DNA of 64,000 nt from Glycera tridactyla (GCA_965644265.1 OZ286459.1:139872001-139936000), one strand, 5' to 3'. Shown: positions 22,390 to 34,234, numbered from the stretch's first letter. A program made the numbers and translations. Notes: a model not told the origin generated them from the letters alone.

Positions 22390-23951
22390 CGTTTCGTTCG
22401 TTGGTTGGTTAGATCAGTTGTCTAGAAGAAGAAAACCGCACTTTGATCGCTCCCCCGGTTCGGCGTTTACACGTCAGTCATATGGTGCGCCGCGTCCTGA
22501 AACCAAGTCATCTACATATAAGGAGCAATTGGTGTCCTGGGAGAGGCATTCAACGATACTATTCATTTTAATGCTGAAAAGGGTAACTGATAGGATGCTT
22601 CCTTGTGGGACCCCCATTCATCACACAACCTAGTAAACCTAGTCGCAGCCCTAGTAACCCAGAACTGATGTGCCTGGTACCCGCGTTTTGCATAGTGACA
22701 ATATCTGCTACAGGCAAACCATCAGCCACCCACACCCGAGACCATTTCACTGAAGAAATAAGAAATAGCTTAGAGGGATAGGTTCATCATGATGCCTTGT
22801 TGATCTACAGAAATGCATGCAAACTGTTTTGGTTTTAGAAAATTTAAAGCCATTCTTGTCCGCCCAGTCTTGAAGTTTGTATAGGGTTTGCTGTAGTTTC
22901 CTCTCCACTACCCGAACTTGTCTAGCTCCATAGCAGATGAGAAAGTCATCTACATATAAGGAGAAATTGGTGTCCTGGGAGAGGCATTCAACGATACTAT
23001 TCATACTATTCAATATCTGCTACAGGCAAACCATCAGCCACCTACACCTGAGACCATTTCACTGAAGAAATAAGAAATAGCTTAGAGGGATAGGAAAGAG
23101 GTCAAGAAAAAGAGATCTGGTGATAGTGCAATTTTGGTAGAAAATGCCTAAAGATAGATGATAGAAAATTTTGAAGGTATGTTTTCATTCTACCCCCCAT
23201 TCCAAAAGATATTGAGAAGAGAAGGGATGATGCTACACCTAGGCCACATCATCCCCAATGGCAACACTTCAATAGTGTAATACTTTACTCTAGTTTGCGA
23301 TAGTTTTCTACAGTCGAGCAATAAATGTTAGACTGTGAGATGGCATCCGCATGCAAAGCAATTAGGAGTGCCTCGTTTTTTCAGGATTTGTGAATGGGTG
23401 AGATATGTATGTCCTATCCTCAAAAAGGGAAGGTATAATCTCCTCTCTTCTATTCATAGTTCCCACAGGAGATCTGTCCTCCAGTTTTGGTCTGATGCGA
23501 TATAATTTATTTTGCTTTTTGTCTCCCCATTCATTCTGCCAGAGTTTTATCCTTGCTTTATCCTTGGTTTGAAGTCTGAATAGTGGATTGCAGAGATGAC
23601 AGGGAGTCTGTGAAAATTATGAACTTTTGTTTTTCCGACCTTGATATGTATTTGAAAGCCATTAGTAAGGCCCTCAGTTCAGCTGAAAACACTGTTGACC
23701 GATCAGGTAACCTGCAGTAATAGGTTTGTGATTCTGTATAAACAGCTGCAGATGCTTTGCTGTCACATTTGGATCCATCGGTGAAGATGGCCTCATGATC
23801 ACTATGATGTGACCTAATCTCTAGGTATCTACTTTTGGATAGCGCTGGATTGGTGGTCTCTTTTGTGGACTGAGCTAAATCCAGATGTATTTGTGGAATG
23901 TCACAGGATCCATCTGTGATATTGGGAGTGTGTCAAAGTCACAACTTCCAA

Positions 23952-24128
23952 GGAATGTTAGGGTTTTAGGTCCACTGTCTGCACTTGAGTAGGCTAAATC
24001 AGACCACCTGCCAAGGAGGAGCGAAGATGAAGGGTGAAACATTCCTGCATGGTAGGACCGGGGATTGAACCCCAGACCCATAGCACGCCAGCCCAGCATG
24101 CTACCACTGAGCCACCAAGGCAGGCGCC
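23952..24128 (-). mobile_element. Full-length tRNA-derived SINE
   Basis: A-box TGGCTCAGTGG, B-box GGTTCAATCC, tail ..CCTAAAACCCTAACATT; 12-bp TSD CACAACTTCCAA (23940-23951 and 24129-24140) inside A1. Confidence 0.92.
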
Positions 24129-25487
24129 CACAACTTCCAAAGTGATTTTCAAATCTTATTCCGAGAGCAGCAATGACATTGGGATTTTCTTGAAATTTTT
24201 GTTTCTATTTCGGCCTGAAGACACTAATGTGTTGGATTTGATGGGTTTGCTTTCAATTACAGACAGTACTGGAGACCTAACTTCATCCTTCGTAGATGAA
24301 GTGAGGGTTCATTGGCTTCCACATGGAGGCTTTCATTAGGTGATGTCCGAAAACCTCGGAGGCAGATACATAAAGCTTGATTATGAACTGTAACAAGCAT
24401 TTTGAGGTTGGTGGGGCATGCAGAGCCCTAAATCATGCAACCATAATCTAATTTAGATCGAATAAGTGATCTATAAACCATGAGCAGGGTCTCTCGATCA
24501 GCTCCCCAGTCCAGGTGGGAAAGCACCTTCAGCATGTCAAGAGCTCGGAGGCATTTGACTTTGAGTTGCTGAATATGCGGTTTGAAAGTCAATCGTCTGT
24601 CAAAGACCAGGCCTAAGAGACAACGTTATAATAAAGCACGCAAGACGAATGCAGCAGACTGGGCTGTATACAGAAAACTCAAACGCGACCTTAAAAACGC
24701 CATCAACAAGGCCTATGACAACTATGTCGATTCTGTACTCACTAGTGCTCTCGATGAAGGTAGTTCCAAACCATTTTGGTCCTACGTTAAATCAAAACGC
24801 CAGGACGCCGCCACTGAAATGAGATGGCACACTCCACAGCTCCAGCATGGATAAAGCGGAAACATTGAGCTATCAATTTGAATCCGTGTTTACAAGGGAG
24901 AAGATGAACATCTCATCACTACATGGGGAACCATATCCAGGCATATCAAGCATCGAAATCACATGAAATGGTGTGGAGAAATTGCTCAAAAGAATGGTTA
25001 CATCTGAAGCATCAGGGCCTGACTGTATCCCCAATACCCTATTGAAGGAACTGGCAGCTGGACTGTCCCCGACACTCATTGCATTGTTTAACCAGTCGCT
25101 CCAGTCTGGTGAGCCTCCAAGAGACTAGAAACATTTCCCCTATCATTAAAAAAGGGGAAAACACCTCGCGGCCAATTATAGGCCAGTCTCTAACATGTGG
25201 TTGCTCCAAACTAGAACACTGCATTGTCTCCCATATCATGAACCACATGGACAGATATAAGATCCTCACAGACCTGCAACACGGCTTTCGTCAACGTCGC
25301 TCCCGTGTTACCCAACTACTGCTAACAGTAGCAGATATAGCTAAATACTATGACGAGGGTGCGCAAATTGACATAGGGATCCTCGACTTGAGTAAAACAT
25401 TCGATGTAGTGGCACATCGTAAGCTACTTGAGAAACTGAAGCATTATGGCATTGATGGACACGTCAACTGGTGGATCAAGAGTTTCC

Positions 25488-26676
25488 GCTACCAAATCTT
25501 GTTCAATGCTCTTTGGTACCAACCGTCGACTGCACCAGTCACCTACCCTAAAATTATCTTGCGACAACACACAAATTTCTAATGTAACTTCTTACAAGTA
25601 TCTTGCCATCACTCTTGACCCCTCTCAATTTCTCAGAACATATTCACAAAATTATCAATAAAGTTGCTCTTCAGAGACGTGCCCTCTTCTTTCTTCGACC
25701 ATCCATTGATGAAAGTATGGCTATCTTTCTCTTTAATTCACTCATTAAACCAGTCTTCACATATTGCGATTACATCTATGATGGATGTAACTTAGTCGAT
25801 AACAAGACTTCAGGTAGCACACAACCGTTGTTTGAGTACCATCACACAGTCAGGTCGGCACTATTCTGCCACTCATCTCAGGCAAGACCTCAAAATGGAG
25901 AAACTTGAAACAACAAGGGCTATTTCTACTGCTTTGGAAGTCTTTAAAGCCCTCCATGGCCTCTCTCCCCCAGATGTCAAGAATCTATTTACCATTAAAC
26001 ATCCTACCTCGCACATTCGGACCAGATCAACTTACCACAGTAGCATGCTACTTACACACCCCTGTAATCGTTTAATTTTCCCTGATCGTAACTTCAGATA
26101 CAGAGGTGCTGCTCTCTGGAACTCTCTGCCTGTTGAACTTCGAAATTCCCCCACCATTTTATCATTCAAAAAAGATACATCCCTTTACTTAAGTGAATTC
26201 CGCTAAAACTCTGATTGTATTTGACCGTCATTTTTTTTTGGTCAGACCACCATCTGACAATTTTCTTTGACTTTTCTGCAGTTTTTATCTACCTAACTAC
26301 ATACCCCTCTGCACTGATCTTCTTTGAGTTCTGCCTGAACAAGTTTATTCCCCTCTCCTGCTTTTGTCCTCTGCGAGTCAATCTCACATTGAAACCTTAC
26401 CCTACACGTCTTCTCTATTCCCGCTTGCTCCCCTGCTCACACTTTCCTCTTATTCTGCCCCCTCTCTATCATCTCACTATCACCGCCCTTCACTCATCAT
26501 ACCATATCTATTCCTGCCATCTGATTCATCCCTTTCAAATTTTATGCTTTTACTCTTCTTACCATGTTAGTTCCTAGTTACATGTCACTTGTTCGATGTC
26601 ACCCTGTATCATTAGCATGTAACATGATTCTTGTGATCACATGTCTTCTGATTAATAAACATTATCTTATCTTATC
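25488..26676 (+). mobile_element. 5'-truncated sister-subfamily copy of the 12-kb LINE (ORF2 C-terminus, 3' UTR, TTATC tail)
   Basis: Peptides KSCSMLFGT..RRALFFLRPSI..RYRGAALWNSLP..LSEFR closely match ORF2 at 10800-11540, and the terminal ~55 nt are nearly identical. It splits the CR1 host at SF|LEG with no TSD. Confidence 0.93.
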
Positions 26677-28001
26677 CTTGAGGGAAGAGTGCAAGATGTT
26701 GTGGTAGATGGGGTTTCATCGCATGAAGAACAAGTACTGTCGGGCGTCCCTCAAGGAACTTGCCTTGGCCCTATTCTTTTCCTGTGCTATGTGAATGATA
26801 TTACTGTTGGCAAAAAATCACAGATGCGTCTCTTTGCCGACAATGCGTTACTTTATCGTCCCATTCATTCACAACAAGACCAAGTTATCATGCAGCAGGA
26901 CCTTAACACCTTAAAAGAATGGGCTGACAAATGGGATATATCCCCAGAAGTGCTATATCATGTCAGCAAAATGGGAAGGTGGAAAAGTCCATTTATATTC
27001 GCTCTGTGGCATCGTTCTGCAAACAGTCAGCACCAACCCCTATTTAGGCGTGCTTCTCAGTGATGACCTGTCATTTACAGCTCATATCAGGAAAACCTGT
27101 GCGAAGACCAGCAGCACCTTGGGTTTTACTGGCAGGAATCTGAGACACTGTCCACAAAAGTTGCGTGAGACCGATCAATACTACAGTATTAATCCGCTAT
27201 ATGGGATCCGCAGCTAACGGGCGAACAACAACAGCTGGAGCATATCCAAAGAATAGCTGCCAGAGTTGTGTTGAAGTGTTATGATTGACGCGCCAGCGTG
27301 ACGGAAATGCTGAAAGATCTGGGGTGGGAGCCGTTGGACCACAGGAGGAAAAAGGCACGCCTTCTTCTCATGTTCCAAATCATCACAGGTGGGGTTGAGG
27401 TTCCTATTGATGACCATCTAGTAGCAGGCCGACGTGGGCATTATATTCATCTGTCACACCATCACAAAGGATATTAATACAGCTTTTACCCACGCACCAT
27501 AAGGGACTATTGCCGCAGGGTCACTACTGAGCTGATCAGACTCGATCCGCCGCTGTGATACCCGTTCGGGGTTTTTAGCAGAATACCAACAGATACAGAT
27601 ACAGATACAGCCTTGCTATGGTACTATGTTTCCTCTCTTCCCACTCAAAAAATCAGCATAGCATAACCAGCTCGTTTCGGAGATAATTGGATTTGAAGTC
27701 AGGGTGTTGGGAATTTCTCTCACCTACCCATGGAGTATACCCTTATGAACCTGGTTACTCACGGGAAAGAACCTGCCCCAAAGGCATGAATACATGTTCT
27801 CTATACAAGTTTCTACTCATTGTTGGAATCAAATAAACATGTACTTCTGTTCAAAATATAGAATGGTTTCATTCCACATCGTCATCAGAGTCATAGAGCT
27901 CTAATTATGATTCCCCATTATAGTTCTTGTAGCCTCCAGCGACAGCCACTAAATCGCGGAAGCCACCCAGGTCCAGAGGCACTACACTCCTATTGACTTT
28001 G

Positions 28002-29030
28002 AGTTGGTTGGTTGGTTGTGGCTTAACGTCACATCAGCACCATTCGGGCTATATTGTGACGCCCATGCAACGGGCATGGGTGGGATCTTCCAAGACTCCT
28101 CCTTCTGGGTCCCAAACGGAAGGTGAAATGATATGAAAATCACAGACACAAAGTGTTACTGAATATGGGGTTTGAGTCAATCGTCGGTCAAAGACCAGGC
28201 CTGGAAACTTTGTTTGTTCCACCCTAGTATTGCTGATCCACCCAGAAAAAGCTCAGGTTCATCATGATGCCTTGATCTACAGAAATGCATGCAAACTGTT
28301 TTGATTTTCGAAAAATTAAAGCCATTCTCGTCCGCTTAGTCTTGAAGTTTGTATAGGGTTTGCTGTAGTTTCCTCTCCACTACGTGAACCTGTCTAGCTC
28401 CGTAGCAAATAAGAAAGTCATCTATGTATAAGGAGCAATTGGTGTTCTGAGAGAGGCATTCAACGATACTATTCATTTTAATGTTAAAAAGGGTAACTGA
28501 TAAAATACTCCCTTGCAGAACCCCCATTTCCTGGTCAAAATAACCTGAGAAGGTAGATCCAACTCGGACACGGAAAGACCAATTCTTCAGAAAATTTTAT
28601 ATGAAAATGGGCATCCTCCCTCTCATGGTCATTTTGGATAGGTCTCTCATAATTCCATATTTCCAGGTGGTGTCATAGGCCTTCTCAATATCAAAGAAAA
28701 CTGCAACTAAGTGCTGCTTCTGAACAAAAGCCTCGCAAATAAATGTCTCAAACCTTATCAGGTTGCCTAGTGTACTTCTGCCCTTCTGGAAACCACTCTG
28801 ATATGGTGTCAAGTCATTTGACCTCAAGTACCACACTAACCTCTTATTTATCATTCTTTCCATGGTCTTACAGACACAGCTTGTAAGTGCTTTTGGCCTG
28901 TAATTAACAGGATCAAATGGATCCTTACCTGGCTTTGCTATGGGAATGATGATGGCTTCTGCCCGTGAAGTGGGAAAACAGCCATATCTAGTTAAAGATA
29001 TCAAGCATCAGTTGTAAAGAGCAGGCTGGA
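28002..29030 (-). mobile_element. Internally deleted I/Nimb LINE: RT fragment joined to a third tail type (family C)
   Basis: NYRPKALTSCVCKTMERM, QSGFQKGRST, FFDIEKAYDT and QGSILSVTLF. 3' end ..CACAATATAGCCCGAATGGTGCTGATGTGACGTTAAGCCACAACCAACC; the RNase H region is missing. Confidence 0.85.
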
Positions 29031-29089
29031 AGATGTCTCCGCATTTGATAGTGGACATCATCTTGCCCTGGGGAGGTATCATGGGATGC

Positions 29090-29680
29090 ATTCAATGAAT
29101 TTGAATCTTTATTTCACAAAAGCATTGTAACAACATATAAAATGCTCTGGTGTACAATATAACAAGCAACAACAAAACATATATACAAGGGCTATATAGT
29201 AGCCATACACGCTTACAGTTGGGCTGCAGACAGGACATCAACACCCACTAGGTATGATTGTTTGTTTGAGGTTTAACGGCATGTATCAACCCACAGGGTT
29301 ATTTATGTTGTGTGTACCTGGTCCACTAGGTATGAGAATACATCCACTAGATATGAGAATTTAAGAATTGCCTACATCCAGCCGGCAATTATGTAACTGG
29401 GAATACACAGATTACCTAGACGCACAAACAAATGGGCTACAGACAGAGCATTAGCATCTCCTGCATATGAGATGTTGACTATATATAGACGGCAAAGGGA
29501 CATCTTGTATCTGAGGGTATGCTGAGATTGCTTAAACAAAAAATCTCCATGTTTTTCTTGAAAGTGGACTGACTTACATTGGTCCTCAGATTTGCTGGAA
29601 TCCTGTTCCATAGCCTCGCTCCTCTAATATAGACACTACTGCCTGCAAACGCAGTGCGAGTGAGCCCCACCTCCAGATCA
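29090..29680 (-). mobile_element. 3' fragment of a Crack/L2-like LINE
   Basis: IRGARLWNRIPANLR..STFKK ORF2 end; AATAAAGATTCAAATTCATT terminus at ~29115-29090. Confidence 0.75.
29258..29322 (-). mobile_element. 65-bp, extremely 5'-truncated family B insertion
   Basis: B tail sequence with a perfect 13-bp TSD CCACTAGGTATGA (29245-29257 and 29323-29335). Confidence 0.9.
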
Positions 29681-30039
29681 TTTCTGGAAGATTGTCGTGT
29701 ATTCCTCTATCCATCCCGCAAGAGCAGGGATAATTTCATGCTGTGCTGTGGCAAATGGCACATAAAGTTGTGAAAAGGCACATTAAACCATATATCTTGT
29801 GCCCAGAAGGCACATGGAATTTTCCACACTCTTGATATGATTACATGGATTGAGGGACGCACAAATCCGAAATGGCACATGAAATCTGCATCAATGTGCC
29901 CGAAAGACCCATACATAATCCCAAGCAAGAAAATCCCTGCAAGAGTATTTTCACTTTAAATTACCTCTACTAAGTATGCACCTGTCCCAAACATGCATTT
30001 TGTCTCTTCCCTTGACTACATGCTCAGAACAGGTCACCT

Positions 30040-30140
30040 CAGCGCTATTTGTGCTATATTGTGACGCCCACGCAAGACTCCTGGGTACCCAATGGGTGGA
30101 ATTTATGAAATTCACAGACACTCAATGTGTCATTTCTTTT
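30040..30140 (-). mobile_element. Family C tail fragment
   Basis: GCTATATTGTGACGCCCA..CAAGACTCC..TATGAAATTCACAGACAC matches 28048-28150 and 38285-38388. Confidence 0.7.
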
Positions 30141-30188
30141 ACTAAAATTCTGACCAGTGTTACCCTGTGAACCTGGGATTGATTCACA

Positions 30189-30189
<1 letters not shown>

Positions 30190-30233
<44 letters not shown>
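30190..30233. repeat. (CA)n microsatellite
   Basis: Read directly. Confidence 0.98.
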
Positions 30234-30235
<2 letters not shown>

Positions 30236-30899
30236 TGATGGGGTTGTGGAATTGACCCACACCGGAATGATTAGAGTGCACAAATCTTCCAGAATTCAGA
30301 CCCAAACATTTTGTGACAGGTGTGATTAGGAGAAAAATGACAAACCTATCATTATGTAACACAACTTTTAATATGCATCATAATTTCATATAATAAAGAG
30401 TTCATCCATTCATCAACAAACAGATCAAAAGCAAATAATTTAGTCATAGATTTAACTACTCACTGTAAACTCATAGTTAACGTTGTTCATAGGCTGTTCA
30501 TATAAGTCAACTTCATTGACAATGACACTAAAAGACTGGAAAAAAACAATGCAACTCAGCTGCAAATTCGAACCCTACGTGCTGATGACTGATTATGGTT
30601 TTTGTCATTTGATGAGGAATCATGTGGGAGATGTGATGCAAATCGATGAGAGCTAGGTGCAATGTAGTCTGGAAACATCACATAGAAGAACCAGAGGGGC
30701 TGGCTGTTTAGACACTAATATGTTTGTTTGTTGGATGATTGGTGTTTGACAACCCATAGATGTATGTATGCTGTAAACCTATGAGCTGATACACCACCTG
30801 ACCAAATAAACTGAGCAGGAATGTGAAAATCGGACCAGAATTGGTGGAGCACAGAGATAGTATGGAGTTATACTATTCATTAGTCAGCAGTTGCTGGGG

Positions 30900-31352
30900 T
30901 TTGTTTGTTGTTTGTTTGTGGTTCACCAGCATGTATCAACCCAAAGGATCATGTATGCTATGTTCTGTCCCTTGCAGGTATCACTCACACAAACCCTGAA
31001 CAAAAGATGATGGAGAACATGAAAGGTTGTCAAGTGGACGTTTCCGACACACCTCCACCAACTCGAAATAAACATATTAAACCTACTGATTGCATATCTA
31101 ACTACTAGCTGGAGAATGTGTTAAATCATGAACTGGCAACTTAAAACCAGCTTTACAATAACGGGTGCCCTATGCTTGTAGTACTAATGCCATCACACAA
31201 CCTAGAAAACCTTGTCACAGCCCTAGTGACCCAGATCAGGCTTGTATGGTAACTGCTTTTTGCACAGTGACAATATCTGCTACAGGCAAACTGTTAACCA
31301 CCTATACCTGAGACCATTTCACTAAGAATTGAGAAAGAACTTTGAGGGATAG
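30900..31352 (-). mobile_element. Older, degenerate family B copy
   Basis: TTTG tail, GCATGTATCAACCC, CACAAACCCTGAAC, GTGACAATATCTGCTACAGGCAAAC, GAGACCATTTCACT. Confidence 0.85.
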
Positions 31353-32699
31353 AAGCGGTGACAATAAAAGAGATAATTCTATTCACTGTGTTCATTGGTC
31401 TACGAAATCTTGTTGAAAGTGCCTTCAATCAGGTGTTCAGGGTTTGTGGTTGTTGGCCCATCACAATCTTGACTGAGAAAGAGAGAAGATGGTGGTACGC
31501 ATGGGCTTCACCATATCTAATGGCAGTACCTGAACTCACCCTGAACACAATTTGATAGGGAGCCAGCATGGTTGCCAAACCAATCTACAAAGACTAGTCA
31601 CATTCAGGAGTGGTCTTTGTAGAGAGGTTGTTCACTGTAGACAATACGTTTGTACTTGCAGCCCAGAGTCGCCTTTGTATACAGGTTGTCTCAAGCAAGT
31701 TTAATTATCAGCCAATCAAATGGAAGGTTAAGTTTGTGAAATCAAGACAGCAATGCTTCCCAAGAAAGTGCAGCATTTGTAATACATATCATCGATCAAT
31801 TGGCCTGGTTTTCACTATTCGTTCATCACATCATTATCGGCTATACTGAGACACTTAGGCCATTAGCATGAGATGGAAACAATATATACTCTTTTTGGAT
31901 CCCCGAAGCAGTTGAACTTTGCAGCCACGTGAAGGCTACTTCTATCCAGATATCCACTCATCTAGAAGATGATATATTTTCTCCTACATATGAGTCATGG
32001 CTATCATAAAGGACTGAGTGATTGAGAATGACTCATGAAGTTACAATATAAGTCCAGGGAAATGGCCCCCAACAGAAAGAAATACAGGTTATCAAAGCAA
32101 GATGCTACTCGCTGAACACCTTACCTTTCCATACAAGCACGATTTCGAAAATACAACCGAGTATTCAACATGGTAAATAACTACATATACAGCTGCCAAC
32201 ATGATGAATTGATGTCTCGCTTAGGTGCATCATTTAGACTTACTATACTCTTTCTAGAAAACTGTATATTCTCACCCTCTATCACAATTTCACCACATGA
32301 ATAATTCATACAACAGTTGGAAACATTGCATTATGAACAATTACCTGACTATGGAGAAGTGCATGTTAAGTGCATTTTCTATACTAATTGTTGCATAATG
32401 ATGGACACCCTGCTAAAATGGAGAGCATTTTTTATGGTACATGATATGACCCAATACTTTACACAATTTCGACTTGCTGACTGAATTTCCATGAAATGAG
32501 ACACAAGACAATATGACCTAATGAATTCAAGCCTCCAATCACGCGGTGAAAAAATGCTATGAAAAGAGTGTGTGCAGCGTCTTCTTCACATTTGCCATTT
32601 CATCGTTTTGCTGAAAAAATCAGAATGTGTCATCAGTTCAGATGAATGGGATACCAACGATTGGCAATTGACACTAATTCCAAAACTATCTTGGTGATG

Positions 32700-32894
32700 C
32701 GATGGTCCTACGGCCAGTTTGTTGGGTACTTTTTGTATTGGGGTGGCGCTCAACACTTTTTCGTTGCATACGAATCTCAATGGTCATCTCACTACATCAA
32801 ACTTGTTACACGAAACCTATTTGGGTGGGCTACGGCCATTAAGTACATTTCCGCCAACGCACGTCCAACGAAACCAACCAGTTGAATAGGGCTA
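32700..32894. mobile_element. Degenerate copy of the ~220-bp GGCCTATTCGACTGG MITE
   Basis: Right TIR CAACGAAACCAACCAGTTGAATAGGGCTA, with internal similarity to the copy at 36877. Confidence 0.7.
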
Positions 32895-34032
32895 ATCTTT
32901 GTTGCTTTGCAGAAAAGTTGTTTTCTCAATTACAGTCACAGAAGCCCACTCTCTCCTCTACATGCAAATTATTGAAGACCCTTCACAATCATTGTGCCAA
33001 TATATTCGTCAGTAAATAAAAGCCATTAGTAAAATTGATCATGGTAAGTACATGGGGACAGAGATACAAGCTATCATACATGTGTATCTCATCTGATAAA
33101 AACGACTGCAAGCAGGATCAGACAGATTAAGGTAGAAAAACACACTGGCGAATTCACTGAACCCAAGGATGAAAAATCCAGTTTGATGGTAGCATAGAAA
33201 GACTGACTTTCTGAGGAGTTTTGTGTTCTTATGGTAATCAAGGTGATGTCAATATCAAATCAATGTATTTTAGCCATAGCAATAAGGGGCTCTGTCAAAT
33301 AGGCAAATACCTGGTAAACAAATCCAACAATCCTAGCCCTGACAAGAGTTGTTGGCCTGCTGAACTGTCAGGTCAGCTTCAACCAAAAACAGTATTGTTC
33401 AAAATCAACGACTTGCAGTTGTTGAGGGCACTAATATGGCATAAAGGCAACAAATATTTTTTGTAATAAATGGGGCTACTGATAATTGTTGATCGATCAG
33501 ATGTACAATACTGGCTTTTTTTTCATCAAGTATCAATGTGTCATATACAGAAATACAGGGTCACTAGAATGTGATATTTGTTTGGGTACCGGCTGGATCT
33601 TGCAATTCATTTCTCAGTCGCTCAATTCATTTAATGATTCCACACCCAAAATGGTGTGATCAAAATAATATATAAACAACTTGTTTCTATCAACACTGGT
33701 GCAAAACTGCCGCTAGATTTATTGTACAGTGAAACCAAAAGCAGTCCCCAACGAGCAACCATCTCTCTCGTATGACAATTTTTTTCCATAATGACCTCTG
33801 ACAAGCCACCACCTGTCCAATACAACCAGTGAATGGCCTGAATTGTGACAATTACCTACTCAAAAAACATTGGTGTCTTTATTGGTTATGACGCGGGCAA
33901 TAAAGAAAGGACTATAGCCTATTGTCTGGTCTTTTATGCCTACATGCTACACTATGCTCTTACAAAGAAACACCTGAACACTGAGAATTGCAGCCATAAG
34001 ATGTCATTGATAGTTGAAAATCTTTCAATTTA

Positions 34033-34234
34033 CCATATATTTCCGTATACACGCGCATCCCCAATTAGACGTGCACCCCCAATTTCCCTGAACCGAACTC
34101 TCAATTCACCCGCCTTTAATGCTTTCTGAAGCAGTTTCTCAAGCACTAGAATGTCACTTTTCTTTGATCCTAATACACGCGCATCCCATACGTTCTTGCA
34201 CTCACGCACTGCGTGTATATTCGGCAATATACGG
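34033..34234. mobile_element. Tc1/mariner (pogo-like) MITE
   Basis: Imperfect TIRs CCATATATTTCCGTATACACGC / GCGTGTATATTCGGCAATATACGG, TA on the left flank, and an internal repeat ATACACGCGCATCCC. Confidence 0.65.

Larger units (their letters stand above)
10361..22504 (-). mobile_element. Apparently full-length 12.1-kb three-ORF CR1-group (Crack/Daphne/L2-like) LINE
   Basis: The host I-element reads GCAGATAAGA|AAGTCATCTAC across the insertion, matching the empty-site copies at ~22931-22952 and ~28405. It has a CpG-rich 115-nt 5' UTR (22504-22390), three minus-strand ORFs, and a 3' UTR ending AATAAAC followed by (ATCTT)n at 10361-10383. No TSD. Confidence 0.85.
8537..22618 (-). mobile_element. 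I/Nimb-clade LINE family A, copy A2 (pieces 8537-10360 and 22505-22618), 5'-truncated within RT
   Basis: Carries RT C-terminus, RNase H and zinc-knuckle coding remnants; about 7 nt (ACAATGC) of the B target are deleted at the site. Confidence 0.9.
8119..23267 (-). mobile_element. Family B copy nested in A1 (pieces 8119-8536 and 22619-23267)
   Basis: 9-bp TSD with one mismatch, TTCAACAGT/TTCAATAGT. GCTTGCAGT (8536) resumes at CATCACACAACC (22619), as in the intact copy at 1686-2430. Confidence 0.85.
7683..24614 (-). mobile_element. I/Nimb-clade LINE family A, copy A1 (pieces 7683-8118 and 23268-24614), internally deleted
   Basis: AAAC tail at 7683. The ORF-end sequence ATTTTCAACAGT (8118) resumes as TTCAATAGTGTAATACTTTAC (23268), matching the uninterrupted copy at ~8838-8860. 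Flanked by AAGAGAC duplicated in the CR1 host (7676-7682 and 24615-24621). It has a ~100-bp internal duplication at 7850-8070. Confidence 0.85.
2913..27608 (+). mobile_element. Degenerate CR1-clade LINE, outermost host of the nest, in four pieces (2913-3014, 7459-7682, 24615-25487, 26677-27608)
   Basis: Pieces rejoin into continuous ORF2 sequence: SDHKAV...RKIHL|FAKADW...PWLTQELKRQIC..|KRQRYNKARK...WWIKSF|LEGRVQDVVVDG...GVPQGTCLGP..LFAD..YLGV. 3' tail is (CAGATA)n at ~27590-27608. Confidence 0.9.

Noticed and set aside
23268-23300. Family B as an alternative 3' UTR fused to the family A ORF (tail swap)
   Set aside because: The 9-bp TSD and the matching piece at 8110-8118 show that B simply inserted into A1.
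23952-24128. Functional tRNA gene
   Set aside because: It has A and B boxes but no full cloverleaf; the unrelated 3' body, tail, TSD and multiple copies indicate a SINE.
31600-31960. Possible Ulp1-like protease remnant on the minus strand (EYILFPSH.., GDSGLQV)
   Set aside because: The catalytic His/Cys motifs are not intact and there are several stops and frameshifts; too weak to call.
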